A DNA stretch of 64,000 nt from Eledone cirrhosa (GCA_964016885.1 OZ024741.1:35526001-35590000), one strand, 5' to 3'; positions 1 through 16,401 are shown, numbered from the stretch's first letter. The notes: generated from the letters alone by a model not told the origin. Program-made: numbers and translations.

Positions 1-3000
1 CAATACACCAATACACCAATACACCAATACACCAACACACCAACACACCAATACACCAACAGACCAACACACCAACACACCAACACACCAACACACCAAC
101 ACACCAATACATCAACACACCAATACAGCAACACACCAACACACCAACACACCAACACACCAATACACCAATACACCAACACACCAACACACTAACACAC
201 CAACACACCAACAAACCTACACACCAACACACCAACAAACCTACACACCAACACACCAACACACCAACACACCAATACATCAACACACCAACACACCAAC
301 ACACCAAGACACCAATACACCAATACACTAACACACCAATACACCAACTCACCAACACACCAATACACCAACACACCAATACACTAACACACCAACACAC
401 CAACACGCCAACACACCAATACACCAACACACCAACACACCAACATACCAACACACCAACACACCAACACACCAACACACCAATACACCAACACACCAAT
501 ACACCAACACACCAACACACCAACACACCAACTCACCAACACACCAATACACCAACACACCAATACACTAACACACCAACACAGCAACATACCAACACAC
601 CAATACACCAACACACCAATACACTAACACACCAATACACCAACACACCAATACACCAATACAGCAACATACCAACACACCAATACACTAACAAACCAAC
701 ACACCAACACACCAACACACCAATACACCAATTCACCAACACACCAACACACCAACACACCAACAGACCAATACATCAACACACCAACACACCAACACAC
801 CAATACACCAACACACCAATACACCAACACACCAATACACCAACACACCAATACACGAACACACGAACACACCAATACACCAACACACCAACACACCAAT
901 ACACCAATTCACCAAAACACCAACACACCAACACACCAACAGACCAATACATCAACACACCAACACACCAACACACCAATACACCAACACACCAATACAC
1001 CAACACACCAATACACCAACACACCAATACGCCAATACACCAATACACCAACACACCAACACACCAATACACCAACAGACCAACACACCAACACACCAAT
1101 ACACCAACACACCAACACACCAACACACCAACACACCAATACATCAACACACCAATACAGCAACACACTAACACACCAACACACCAACAAACCTACACAC
1201 CAACACACCAACAAACCAACACACCAACACACCAACACACCAACACACCAATACATCAACACACCAACACACCAACACACCAAGACACCAATACACCAAT
1301 ACACTAACACACCAATACACCAACTCACCAATACACCAATACACCAACACACCAATACACTAACACACCAACACACCAACACGCCAACACACCAATACAC
1401 CAACACACCAACACACCAACATACCAACACACCAACACACCAACACACCAACACACCAATACACCAACACACCAATACACCAACACACCAACACACCAAC
1501 ACACCAACTCACCAACACACCAATACACCAACACACCAATACACTAACACACCAACACAGCAACATACCAACACACCAATACACCAACACACCAATACAC
1601 TAACACACCAATACACCAACACACCAATACACCAATACACCAACATACCAACACACCAATACACTAACAAACCAACACACCAACACACCAACACACCAAA
1701 ACACCAATTCACCAACACACCAACACACCAACACACCAACAGACCAATACATCAACACACCAACACACCAACACACCAATACACCAACACACCAATACAC
1801 CAACACACCAATACACCAACACACCAATACACGAACACACGAACACACCAATACACCAACACACCAACACACCAATACACCAATTCACCAAAACACCAAC
1901 ACACCAACACACCAACAGACCAATACATCAACACACCAACACACCAACACACCAATACACCAACACACCAATACACCAACACACCAATACACCAACACAC
2001 CAACACACCAACACACCAACAGACCAATACATCAACACACCAACACAACAACACACCAATACATCAACACACCAACACACCAACACACCAATACACCAAC
2101 ACACCAATACACCAACACACCAATACACCAACACACCAACACACCAACACACCAACAGACCAACACACCAATACACCAACACACCAATACACCAACACAC
2201 CAATACACCAACACACCAACACACCAACACACCAACACACCAATACACCAACACACCAATACACAAACACACCAATACACCAACACACCAACACACCAAC
2301 ACACCAATACACCAACACACCAATCCACCAACACACCAATACACCAACACACCAACACACCAACTCACCAACACACCAATACACCAACACACCAATACAC
2401 TAACACACCAACACAGCAACATACCAACATACCAATACACCAACACACCAATACACTAACACACCAATACACTAACACACCAATACACCAATACACCAAC
2501 ATACCAACACACCAATACACTAACAAACCAACACACCAACACACCAACACACCAATACACCAACACACCAACACACCAACACACCAATACACCAACACAC
2601 CAACACACCTAATACACCAACACACCTAATACACCAACACACCAATACACCAACACACCAATACACCAACACACCAATACACCAACACACCAACACACCA
2701 ACACACCAATACACCAACACACCAATACATCAACACACCAACACACCAACACACCAACACACCAACACACCAATGCACCAACACACCAACACACCAATAC
2801 ACCAACACACCAACACACCAACACACCAACACGCCAACACACCAATACAGCAACACACCAATACACCAATACACCAACACACCAATACACCAACACACCA
2901 ATACACTAACACACCAACACACCAACACACCAATACACCAACACACCAACACACCAACACACCAACACACCAACACACCAATACACTAACAAACCAATAC

Positions 3001-6000
3001 ACCAACACACCAACACCCCAACACACCAATACACCAACACACCAACACACCAACACACCAATACATCAACACACAAACACACGAACACACCAACACACCA
3101 ACACACCAATACACCAATACACCAACAAACCAATACACCAACACACCAACACACCAATACACCAACAAACCAACACACCAATACACCAACACACCAATAC
3201 ACCAATACACTAACACACCAACACACCAACACACCAACACACCAATACATCAACACACCAACACACCAACACACCAATACACCAACACACTAACACACCA
3301 AAATACCAATACACCAATACACCAACACACCAACACACCAACACACCAATACACTAACACACTAATACACCAACACACCAACATACTAAAACACCAACAC
3401 ACCAACACACCAACACACCAACACACCAATACATCAACACACCAGTACAGCAACACACCAACACACCAACACACCAACACACCAACACACCAACACACCA
3501 ATACACCAATACACCAACACACAAACACACCAACACACCAACACACCAACACACCAACACACCAACACACCAACACACCAATACATCAACAAACCAACAC
3601 ACCAACACACCAACACACCAATACACCAATACACTAACACACCAATACACCAACACACCAACACACCAACACACCAACACACCAACACACCAATACACCA
3701 ACACACCAACACACCAACACACCAACACGCCAACACACCAATACACCAACACACCAATACAGCAACACACCAATACACCAACACACCAATACACCAACAC
3801 ACCAATACACTAACAAACCAACACACCAACACACCAACACACCAATACATCAACACACCAACACACCAACACACCAACACACCAATACACCAACACACTA
3901 ACACACCAAAATACCAATACACCAATACACCAACACACCAACACACCAACACACCAATACACTAACACACTAATACACCAACACACCAACATACCAAAAC
4001 ACCAACACACCAACACACCAACACACCAACACACCAATACACCAACACACCAATACACCAACACACCAACACACCAACTCACCAACACACCAATACACCA
4101 ACACACCAATACACCAACACACCAACACACCAACACACCAACAAACCAACACACCAATACACCAACACACCAATACACCAACACACCAATACACCAACAC
4201 ACCAATACACCAACACACCAACACACCAACACACCAATACACCAACACACCAATACATCAACACACCAACACACCAACACACCAACACACCAACACACCA
4301 ATGCACCAACACACCAACACACCAATACACCAACACACCAACACACCAACACACCAACACGCCAACACACCAATACAGCAACACACCAATACACCAATAC
4401 ACCAACACACCAATACACCAACACACCAATACACTAACACACCAACACACCAATACACCAACACACCAACACACCAACACACCAACACACCAACACACCA
4501 ATACACTAACAAACCAATACACCAACACACCAACACCCCAACACACCAATACACCAACACACCAACACACCAACACACCAATACATCAACACACAAACAC
4601 ACGAACACACCAACACACCAACACACCAATACACCAATACACCAACAAACCAATACACCAACACACCAACACACCAATACACCAACAAACCAACACACCA
4701 ATACACCAACACACCAATACACCAATACACTAACACACCAACACACCAACACACCAACACACCAATACACCAACACACCAACACACCAACACACCAATAC
4801 ACCAACACACTAACACACCAAAATACCAATACACCAATACACCAACACACCAACACACCAACACACCAATACACTAACACACTAATACACCAACACACCA
4901 ACATACTAAAACACCAACACACCAACACACCAACACACCAACACACCAATACATCAACACACCAGTACAGCAACACACCAACACACCAACACACCAACAC
5001 ACCAACACACCAACACACCAATACACCAATACACCAACACACAAACACACCAACACACCAACACACCAACACACCAACACACCAACACACCAACACACCA
5101 ATACATCAACAAACCAACACACCAACACACCAACACACCAATACACCAATACACTAACACACCAATACACCAACACACCAACACACCAACACACCAACAC
5201 ACCAACACACCAATACACCAACACACCAACACACCAACACACCAACACGCCAACACACCAATACACCAACACACCAATACAGCAACACACCAATACACCA
5301 ATACACCAACACACCAATACACCAACACACCAATACACTAACAAACCAACACACCAATACATCAACACACCAACACACCAACACACCAACACACCAATAC
5401 ACCAACACACTAACACACCAAAATACCAATACACCAATACACCAACACACCAACACACCAACACACCAATACACTAACACACTAATACACCAACACACCA
5501 ACATACCAAAACACCAACACACCAACACACCAACACACCAACACACCAATACACCAACACACCAATACACCAACACACCAACACACCAACTCACCAACAC
5601 ACCAATACACCAACACACCAATACACCAACACACCAACACACCAACACACCAAGAAACCAACACACCAACACACCAACACACCAACACACCAACACCCCA
5701 ACACACCAACACACCAATACATCAACAAACCAACACACCAACACACCAACACACCAATACACCAATACACTAACACACCAATACACCAACACACCAACAC
5801 ACCAACACACCAACACACCAACACACCAATACACCAACACACCAACACACCAACACACCAACACGCCAACACACCAATACACCAACACACCAATACAGCA
5901 ACACACCAATACACCAATACACCAACACACCAATACACCAACACACCAATACACTAACAAACCAACACACCAATACATCAACACACCAACACACCAACAC

Positions 6001-9000
6001 ACCAACACACCAATACACCAACACACTAACACACCAAAATACCAATACACCAATACACCAACACACCAACACACCAACACACCAATACACTAACACACTA
6101 ATACACCAACACACCAACATACCAAAACACCAACACACCAACACACCAACACACCAACACACCAATACACCAACACACCAATACACCAACACACCAACAC
6201 ACCAACTCACCAACACACCAATACACCAACACACCAATACACCAACACACCAACACACCAACACACCAACAAACCAACACACCAATACACCAACACACCA
6301 ATACACCAACACACCAATACACCAACAAACCAACACACCAATACACCAACACACCAACACACCAACACACCAACACACCAGCACACCAACACACCAACAC
6401 ACCAATAGACCAACACACCAATACAGCAACACACTAATACACCAACACACCAACATACCAAAACACGAATACACCAACACACCAATACACCAATACACCA
6501 ACACACCAACACACCAACACACCAATACACCAACACACCAACACACCAACAAACCAACACACCAATACACCAACACACCAACACACCAACACACCAACAC
6601 ACCAACAAACCAACACACCAATACACCAACACACCAATACACCAACACACCAATACACCAACACACCAACACACCAATACACCAACAGACCAACACACCG
6701 ACACACCAATACACCAACACACCAACACACCAACACACCAACACACCAATATATCAACACACCAGTACAGCAACACACCAACACACCAACACACCAACAC
6801 ACCAACACACCAATACACCAATACACCAACACACCAACACACCAACACACCAACACACCAACAAACCAACACACCAACACACCAACACACCAACACACCA
6901 ATACATCAACACACCAACACACCAACACACCAACACACCAATACACCAATACACTAACACACCAATACACCAACTCACCAACACACCAATACACCAACAC
7001 ACCAATACACTAACACACCAACACACCAACACGCCAACACACCAATACACCAACACACCAACATACCAACACACCAACACACCAACACACCAACACACCA
7101 ATACACCAACACACCAATACACCAACACACCAACACACCAACACACCAACTCACCAACTCACCAACACACCAATACACCAACACACCAATACACTAACAC
7201 ACCAACACAGCAACATACCAACACACCAATACACCAACATACCAATACACTAACACACCAATACACCAACACACCAATACACCAATACACCAACATACCA
7301 ACACACCAATACACTAACAAACCAACACACCAACACACCAACACACCAATACACCAACACACCAACACACCAACACACCAATACAGCAACACACCAACAC
7401 ACCTAATACACCAACACACCAATACAGCAACACACCAATACACCAACACACCAATACACTAACACACCAACACACCAACCCGCCAAAACACTAATACACC
7501 AACACACCAACACACCAATATACCATCACACCAATACACCAACACACCAATACACTAACACACCAATACACCAACACACCAACACACCAACACGCCAACA
7601 CACCAATACAGCAACACACCAATACACCAACACACCAATACACTAACACACCAACACACCAACACGCCAAAACACCAATACACCAACACACCAACACACC
7701 AATATACCATCATACCAATACACCAACACACCAATACACTAACACACCAATACACCAACACACCAATACACCAACACATCAATATACCAACACACCAATA
7801 CACGAACAAACCAACACACCAACACACCAACACACCAATACACCAACACACCAACACACCAATACACCAACACACCAACACACCAACACACCAACACACC
7901 AACATACCAACACACCAATACACCAACACACCAACACACCAACACACCAATACACCAACACACCAATACACCAACACACCAATATACCAACACACCAACA
8001 CACCAACACACCAATACACCAACACACCAACACACCAACACACCAACACCCTAACACACCAACACACCAATACACCAATGCACCAACAAACCAACACACC
8101 AACACACCAACACACCAACACACCAATACACCAACACACCAACACACCAACACACCAACACACCAACACACCAATACACGAACACACGAACACACCAATA
8201 CACCAACACACCAACACACCAATACACCAATTCACCAACACACCAACACACCAACACACCAACAGACCAATACATCAACACACCAACACACGAACACACG
8301 AACACACCAATACACCAACACACTAACACACCAACACACCAACACGCCAAAACACCAATACACCAACACACCAACACACCAATATACCATCATACCAATA
8401 CACCAACACACCAATACACTAACACACCAATACACCAACACACCAATACACCAACACATCAATATACCAACACACCAATACACGAACAAACCAACACACC
8501 AACACACCAACACACCAATACACCAACACACCAACACACCAATACACCAACACACCAACACACCAACACACCAACATACCAACACACCAATACACCAACA
8601 CACCAACACACCAACACACCAATACACCAACACACCAATACACCAACACACCAATATACCAACACACCAACACACCAACACACCAATACACCAACACACC
8701 AACACACCAACACCCTAACACACCAACACACCAATACACCAATACACCAACAAACCAACACACCAACACACCAACACACCAACACACCAATACACCAACA
8801 CACCAACACACCAACACACCAACACACCAACACACCAATACACGAACACACGAACACACCAATACACCAACACACCAACACACCAATACACCGATTCACC
8901 AACACACCAACACACCAACAGACCAATACATCAACACACGAACACACGAACACACGAACACACCAATACACCAACACACCAACACACCAATACACCAATT

Positions 9001-9415
9001 CACCAACACACCAACACACCAACACACCAACAGACCAATACATCAACACACCAACACACCAACACACCAATACACCAACACACCAATACACCAACACACC
9101 AATACACCAACACACCAACACACCAACACACCAACAGACCAATACATCAACACACCAACACACCAACACACCAATACTTCAACACACCAACACACCAATA
9201 CACCAACACACCAATACACCAACACACCAATACACCAACACACCAACACACCAACACACCAACACACCAATACACCAACACACCAATACACCAACACACC
9301 AATACACCAACACACCAACACACCAACACACCAACACACCAATACACCAACACACCAATACACCAACACACCAATACACCAACACACCAACACACCAACA
9401 CACCAACAGACCAAC
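1..9415. repeat. 8-bp satellite (CCAACACA/CCAATACA)n with higher-order duplications; probably continues left of the window
   Basis: About 1170 consecutive 8-mers; plus strand nearly G-free; diagnostic variants recur at fixed offsets (ACAAACCTAC at 211/1187; CAAGAC at 305/1281). Confidence 0.99.
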
Positions 9416-9594
9416 CGACTAAATACTTATCACTTCCATCTCTACCTTTGTAAAGTCAACCTCTACACCTTTCATCAAACCAACTTGTCCACCTACCCCT
9501 ATCCTGTCTATCAATCTGTCCGTCTGTATATATATATGAAGACATTCACATAATCCAAATATGTTTTATTATATATATTTCGAAGGTACTGTGC

Positions 9595-9647
<53 letters not shown>

Positions 9648-9769
9648 TATCGGGCTTATACCCACGTGATTCATTGACTTTCGTTGCATACCACCATGTG
9701 TTTGTTTCCTTCCCTCCGTTTTCCCACTGTCCCGATAACTTAATTGAGTTATCGCTCGCACTGATTTTA

Positions 9770-9846
9770 GGTATCTAGTCTTTAATGCGTCGAAATACCA
9801 ACGATTAATCAGCAGACTACTGAAGAGGACATTTTAACCATTGTCT
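9770..9846 (+). ncRNA. Hammerhead-ribozyme-like motif with split or reordered strands
   Basis: GGTA-TC-TAGTCT (9770-9781), GTC-GAAA-TACC (9789-9799), AGACTA-CTGAAGA-GGACA (9814-9831); stems I and III are perfectly complementary. Confidence 0.5.
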
Positions 9847-9895
9847 ATTTTTATTCTTATATTCATGTTCGCAACAACGCAGCACGCCATTTTTA

Positions 9896-10052
<157 letters not shown>

Positions 10053-10606
10053 AGAATATTAATAAATGAAGACATTCACATAATCAAAATATGTTTTATC
10101 ATATATATTATGAAGGTACGGTGCGGTTTATATATATATATATATATATATATGTATAGTATAAAAGAGAAAACACAGGTAAGCATTAAGAGAAGGATTT
10201 TATCCAGTTATTTATCTTACAAACTGGCTTTCTTAACCAAGAACTGGATCACAATAAGCAATTTTTTGCTTCTCTAACTATATATGTAGATAAATCTAGC
10301 AAAATATACGGTAGTGTCCAATCCGTATGAAGAACTCAATGTAATCCAAATATCATGAAAAGAAAAGATGTATTCAAAAATTTTTTCGATGAAAATCACA
10401 GGAAACAGAGTCAAGATAAATTAATAAAAACAATGAATAAAAACAAAGAAACATTTCCTTATATTAAAAAATTCATCATTTTACGATCGTTTCTAGGATA
10501 TATATTTGTGTGTTGGTATCTATATCATATAGATCTATGTAAACATTTTACAAACTATCAGAGGGAATATACATACCTACACATATATATGGTGTCTTCA
10601 GAAATA

Positions 10607-10742
<136 letters not shown>

Positions 10743-10783
10743 CATTTTGGCGGGACAACATGTATATAGTATATATATATACA

Positions 10784-10872
10784 CAGGGTGTCCCCCAACA
10801 ACAAAAAATGTATACATTCCTTTTTTTTAGAATGCTGTTGAAGTGTGTATACATTTTTGGGGACACCCGGTG
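10784..10872. mobile_element. Tc1/mariner-type MITE (CAGGGTGTCCC TIR family)
   Basis: CAGGGTGTCCCC..AAAAATGTATACA / TGTATACATTTTTGGGGACACCC termini; relatives at 11211, 22751 and 42410. Confidence 0.7.
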
Positions 10873-11210
10873 TGTGTATGTATATATATGTATATATATA
10901 TATACATATATATATACATATATGTATATATATGTATATATATGTGTATATATATATATATGTATATGTATATATATATATGTATATATATATGTGTGTG
11001 TGTGAATGTGTGTATGTGTGTGTGTGTATATCTATAGTATTATGTTCTCTCGATTTCACTTTATCTCATTCCCCCCCCTCTCTCTCTCACTCTATCTCTC
11101 TTACTTTCACCTATTTTGCCTTACCTCCCTCTTTATACACTCACATAGACCTACAAACACACACACACATATATATACATATATGTATACATATATATAT
11201 GTATATACAC

Positions 11211-11312
11211 AAAAATGTATACACACTTCAACAGCATTCTAAAAAAAGGAATGTATACATTTTTTGCTGTTGGGGGACACCCTGTGTATATATACTATAT
11301 ACATGTTGTCCC
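11211..11312 (-). repeat. Inverted duplicate of 10752-10858 (MITE part plus its flank)
   Basis: Reverse complement matches over about 100 bp with a few differences. Confidence 0.9.
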
Positions 11313-11403
11313 ATTTTGACGTTATAGTCACTTATATATTATGAAATACTGTTGGCTTCTTGCTCACATTAATTTCTCTATTTTCATTTATATATACATA
11401 CAT

Positions 11404-11434
<31 letters not shown>

Positions 11435-11814
11435 TGTTTCTGTGTCACCACACCAGTCTTTCATTCTTTCTCTTTCTCTCTGTCACTTTCGTCTCCTCCT
11501 CCTCCTCCCCCTCCTCCTCTTCCTCCATGACCACCTGTCTGTCTGTCTGTCAGTCCCATGTCTTACCTTCTGAGACACTCCATTCACACACCTCACCCAG
11601 GAACAATACCACGTCGTCTAATCAAGAAAAAAGCAACACCATACAACATACAACAACAACAACATACAACAACTACAATAACTACACCATACAACAATAA
11701 CACCAGCGATAACATACAACAGCTACAACAACAACAGCTACATTATAGAAAAGTAACTAAAAAAAGTATCTTACAAAAAGTTATAACCATCATATACCAC
11801 CACCTCACACATTA

Positions 11815-12415
11815 CACCCACACCACACTACACCACAATACACTACACCACACTACACCTCACCACACTACACTACACCACACTACACTGCACTACACCT
11901 CACCACACTACACTACACTATACCACACAACACCACGCCATACCACACCACACCACACTACACTACACTACACCACACTACACTGCACTACACCTCACCA
12001 CACTACACTACACTATACCACACAACACCACGCCATACCACACCACACCACACTACACCACACTACACTATACCACACAACACCACGCCATACCACACCA
12101 CACCACACTACACCACACTACACCACACCATACCACACCACACTACACCACTACACCACACAACACCACGACATACCACACTACACCACACCACACAACA
12201 CCACACCATACCACACCACACCACACTACACCACACTACACTATACCACACAACACCACGCCACACCACACTACACCACACTACACCACACTACACCACA
12301 CCACACCACACTACACCACACCATACCACACCACACCACACTACACCACACTACACCACACCATACCACACCACACTACACCACACTACACCACACAACA
12401 CCACGACATACCACA
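11815..12415. repeat. Pentanucleotide satellite (CACCA/CACTA)n
   Basis: Direct reading; source of the His/Thr-rich pseudo-ORF. Confidence 0.95.
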
Positions 12416-12787
12416 GGACTTATATGTTAGAAATAGCAGCCAAATCTGCCTCGGACCAAATCTGCCGCTACCGGCTTTTGAAAAATGGATAGATACATTG
12501 GATCGTGTATTGAATATACTAATGATAGGCTCTCCGTCGATTGCAACGACGAACATTCAGTTGTTCGACCAAATGAATGTCCAATTCATGGATTAATGTC
12601 TAAGTAAGATGAGCACACTTAAGGTAATTCTCGGGCAGAATCAGCGTGTTATGATACACTGGACATTCTCACTGGAATATTTTTGACCAAAAGTCTGTTT
12701 AATTTCTGCAGCTATTGCTTGACAAGTAATCAGCCAACCAACCACATGACCAAAACAGCAAATAACACCACAGCATACCATATATAC

Positions 12788-12885
<98 letters not shown>

Positions 12886-12938
12886 CTATGTATATATATA
12901 TATATATATGCCCCCGCCGAAATACGATCTCGCTGAAA

Positions 12939-13053
<115 letters not shown>

Positions 13054-13082
13054 TAGGTATATTTATTAAAATAACAGATTAA

Positions 13083-13133
13083 AGTTTAAGCAAAGAATCG
13101 CTGCTTTCACCCTTAACGGGATCTTCTGAAACT
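13083..13133 (-). ncRNA. Type I hammerhead ribozyme variant (CAGAAGA core)
   Basis: Minus strand reads AGTTT-CAGAAGA-T-CCC(GTTAA)GGG-T-GAAA-GCA(GCGATTCTT)TGC-TT-AAACT; second copy at 58878. Confidence 0.6.
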
Positions 13134-13273
13134 CTAATCTGTTATTTTAAACTTTAATCTGTTATTTTAATAAACATTTGCTCTACGGTTCTTATATATT
13201 TGATATATATTTATTCTTATCGAGCCCTCTTTGGATTTTAGTCTTCAAATTTATTATTATTACTATATGTATG

Positions 13274-13329
<56 letters not shown>

Positions 13330-13534
13330 CAGCGAGATCGTATTTCGGCGGGGGCATATATATATATATATATATACATACACACATACATACACATACA
13401 TGAATACATACATACATAATGCATACATACATACACACACATACAAAATAAACACGCACATGCATACATACACACATACATACGTACGTACATACATACA
13501 TACATACATACATAATGCATACTAAACACATGTA

Positions 13535-13600
<66 letters not shown>

Positions 13601-14121
13601 CACACACATACGTACATATATACCTATATATATTCACATATTCGCACATGCATACATACACTCATACACGCGCATATACGTACATATATACATATACATA
13701 CATACAAATTCACATATACATATACATGCATACATACACATAAATACATGCATACATACATAAACACATATAATATATATCGCACATGTATTTGTGTATC
13801 TATATGTAAAGGTGTATAAATATTGACATTTACATCTGGATCTATGTATAAACGCACGTGTTAGTATTTGTTTGTGTATGTAAGTATGTATGTATGTAAA
13901 TATGTATATATATATATATATGTATGTATGTATGTATGTTTGTATGTATGCATGTATGTATGCATGCATGTATGTATATATTTGTGTATGTAAGTATGTA
14001 TGTATGTATGTATGTATGTATGTATGTATGTATGTATGAATGTATGTATGTATGCATGTATGTATATATGTATTCATGTATGCACGTATGTATGTATTTA
14101 TGTATGTATGTTGGTATGTTG

Positions 14122-14293
14122 GTACCAACGGCCCAGCACTATGTCTCAATAATTGTCACAAGTGTAGTGTTTGTACCAGAGTTTTCAAGTCGCTGGCTGG
14201 ACTAAAAAGTCACACTCGTTCAGCGCATCGGTAAGGGTTCTCCTACATGGATATAAAGTAGTGGCCGTACTCGAAAACGAGTTGGCAGCCACC
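14122..14293 (+). mobile_element. RTE/BovB-like LINE 3' end (terminal C2H2 finger plus 3' UTR)
   Basis: CSVCTRVFKSLAGLKSHTRSAHR-stop followed by TGGCCGTACTCGAAAACGAG hairpin tail; similar tail at about 18240-18272. Confidence 0.65.
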
Positions 14294-14370
14294 ATATGTT
14301 AGTATGTATGTATCCATGTATGCATGTATGTATATATGTTGGTATGTATGTATCCATGTATGTATTGTAT

Positions 14371-14967
14371 GTTTTCTCTTTCTCTTAATTTCGAGTATAT
14401 TTTTTTGACCGGCCACCTTCCTAGTGGCAAGGTTGTAAACGAAAAGAAATTGTCATCCCTTGAATCGCAAGAATGTTTTGCAAATTTTGAAGGTGCCAGC
14501 TATCGCAGCCATTTGTAGACTATGAATTAGGGAGCTGCGCTTTTTGTCCGCAAATCCAAGTTCAGTCATACTTTGGTCCAAGCGGGTTGGTATATAACCC
14601 GTAGCACCAATAATGATGGGTATGAAGCTAAAGGTGTATCTTGGATGCTGGATTTGTAAACTTCTCATCAATGGTCCGTAGATGTCCTCCTGCTGCATTT
14701 TTCTGACAACGTTTACATCAAGTGGGCAGCTGATCTCTACAACAGAACACGTTTTCAATGTGTGGTCCCAAACAACAATATCAGGCCGGTTGTGCTTTAA
14801 TTTGGTGGCAGTTTTTATTTTCAGGTTCCACCAGTATTCCTTAGTGCCATCTGTCTCAATATATTCTTCCTCGTTTGTTGTTAATTTTGTTTTCCGAAGT
14901 GCGTTCCAGATGGTTCTAGCTATCCCATCGTGTGTCATGGGGAGGTAGTAGCGAGATGACATTCTTT
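14371..14967 (-). mobile_element. R4/Dong-like non-LTR retrotransposon 3' fragment, restriction-like endonuclease domain (ORF 14453-14962)
   Basis: THD (RHD-like) motif, KHNRPDIVVWD, VEISCP and IPIIIGATG motifs; short 3' UTR running into (ACAT)n. Confidence 0.85.
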
Positions 14968-15141
14968 ATGTATGTATGTTGGTATGTATGTATGTATGTA
15001 TGTATGTATTTATGTATGTATTTATGTATGTATGTTGGTATGTATCCATGTATGTATGTATTTATGTATGTATGTTGGTATGTATGTATCCATGTATGCA
15101 TGTATGTATGTATGCATGTATGTATGTATCCATGTATGCAT

Positions 15142-15355
15142 GTTTTCTCTTTCTCTTAATTTCGAGTATATTTTTTTGACCGGCCACCTTCCTGGTGGCA
15201 AGGTTGTAAAAGAAAAGAAATTGTGATCCCTTGAATCGCAAGAATGTTTTGCATATTTTGAAGGTGCCAGCTATCGCAGCCATTTGTAGACTATGAATTA
15301 GGGAGCTGCGCTTTTTGTCCGCAAATCCAAGTTCGGTCATACTTTGGTCCAAGCG
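15142..15355 (-). mobile_element. Second, shorter copy of the same R4/Dong-like 3' end
   Basis: Near-identical to 14371-14585. Confidence 0.88.
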
Positions 15356-15888
15356 TGCATGTATATATGTTGGTATGTATGTATCCATGTATGTATTTAT
15401 GTATGTATGTTGGTATGTATCCATGTATGTATGTATGTATGTTGGTATGTATCCATGTATGTATGTATGTATGCATGTATGTATGTATGTATGTATGTTG
15501 GTATGTTGGTATGTATCCATGTATGTATTTATGTATGTATGTTGGTATGTATCCATGTATGTATGTATGTATGTTGGTATGTATCCATGTATGTATTTAT
15601 GTATGTATGTATGTATGTATGTATGTATGTTGGTATGTTGGTATGTATCCATGTATGTATGCATGTATGTATGTATTTATGTATGTTGGTATGTATCCAT
15701 GTATGTATGTATGTTAGTATGTATGTATCCATGTATGTATTTATGTTTGATGTTGGTATGTATGTATCCATGTATGCATGTATGTATGGATGTATATATA
15801 CATGCATGTATATATGCATGTATTCATATATGCATGTATGTATATATGTATATATGTATGTATGTATATATGTATGCATCATTTGTGC

Positions 15889-15928
<40 letters not shown>

Positions 15929-16104
15929 GAATGTATGTATGTGTGTGTGTATGTATACATCATGTATGTATATATGTATGTGTGTGTGTGCGTATACATC
16001 ATGTATGTATGTATGTATGTTTGTGTGTATGTATGTGTGTGTGTGTATATACACCATGTATGTATATAAGGATGGGTGAAGTTTTCCCTTAGATAAACTA
16101 GGAG

Positions 16105-16240
16105 AGAAGAAGAAGAAGAAGAAGAAGAAGAAGAAGAAGAAGAAGAAGAAGAAGAAGAAGAAGAAGAAGAAGAAGAAGAAGAAGAAGAAGAAGAAGAAGA
16201 AGAAGAAGAAGAAGAAGAAGAAGATGATGATGATGATGAT
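16105..16240. repeat. (GAA)n then (GAT)n microsatellite
   Basis: Direct reading. Confidence 0.98.
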
Positions 16241-16359
16241 TAAACATCTATTTGCCAATGGTACCTGGGTGGTTGTAAAGAAACAGTGTATAACTCCATA
16301 GGGTAAGTAGCTGGTAACTTATTATATTGTATATATATGACTCTCGTGTGTGTGTGTGT

Positions 16360-16401
<42 letters not shown>

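Larger units (their letters stand above)
13370..16070. repeat. (CATA)n/(TATG)n microsatellite field with TTGG and TCCA variant units, interrupted by retroelement fragments
   Basis: Direct reading. Confidence 0.93.

Noticed and set aside
192-9414. Dozens of VLVCWC / HQHTNT ORFs
   Set aside because: Translations of the 8-bp satellite in all frames
1-9415. Telomeric repeat
   Set aside because: Not TTAGGG-like; heterogeneous units with block duplications indicate satellite
10560-10605. CTGAAGA on the minus strand as another hammerhead
   Set aside because: No GAAA, stem III or stem I partner nearby
11558-12430. 290-aa His/Thr-rich protein
   Set aside because: Pentamer satellite translation
14040-14234. 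Host C2H2 zinc-finger gene
   Set aside because: Single finger followed by an RTE-type 3' tail; ORF start lies in microsatellite
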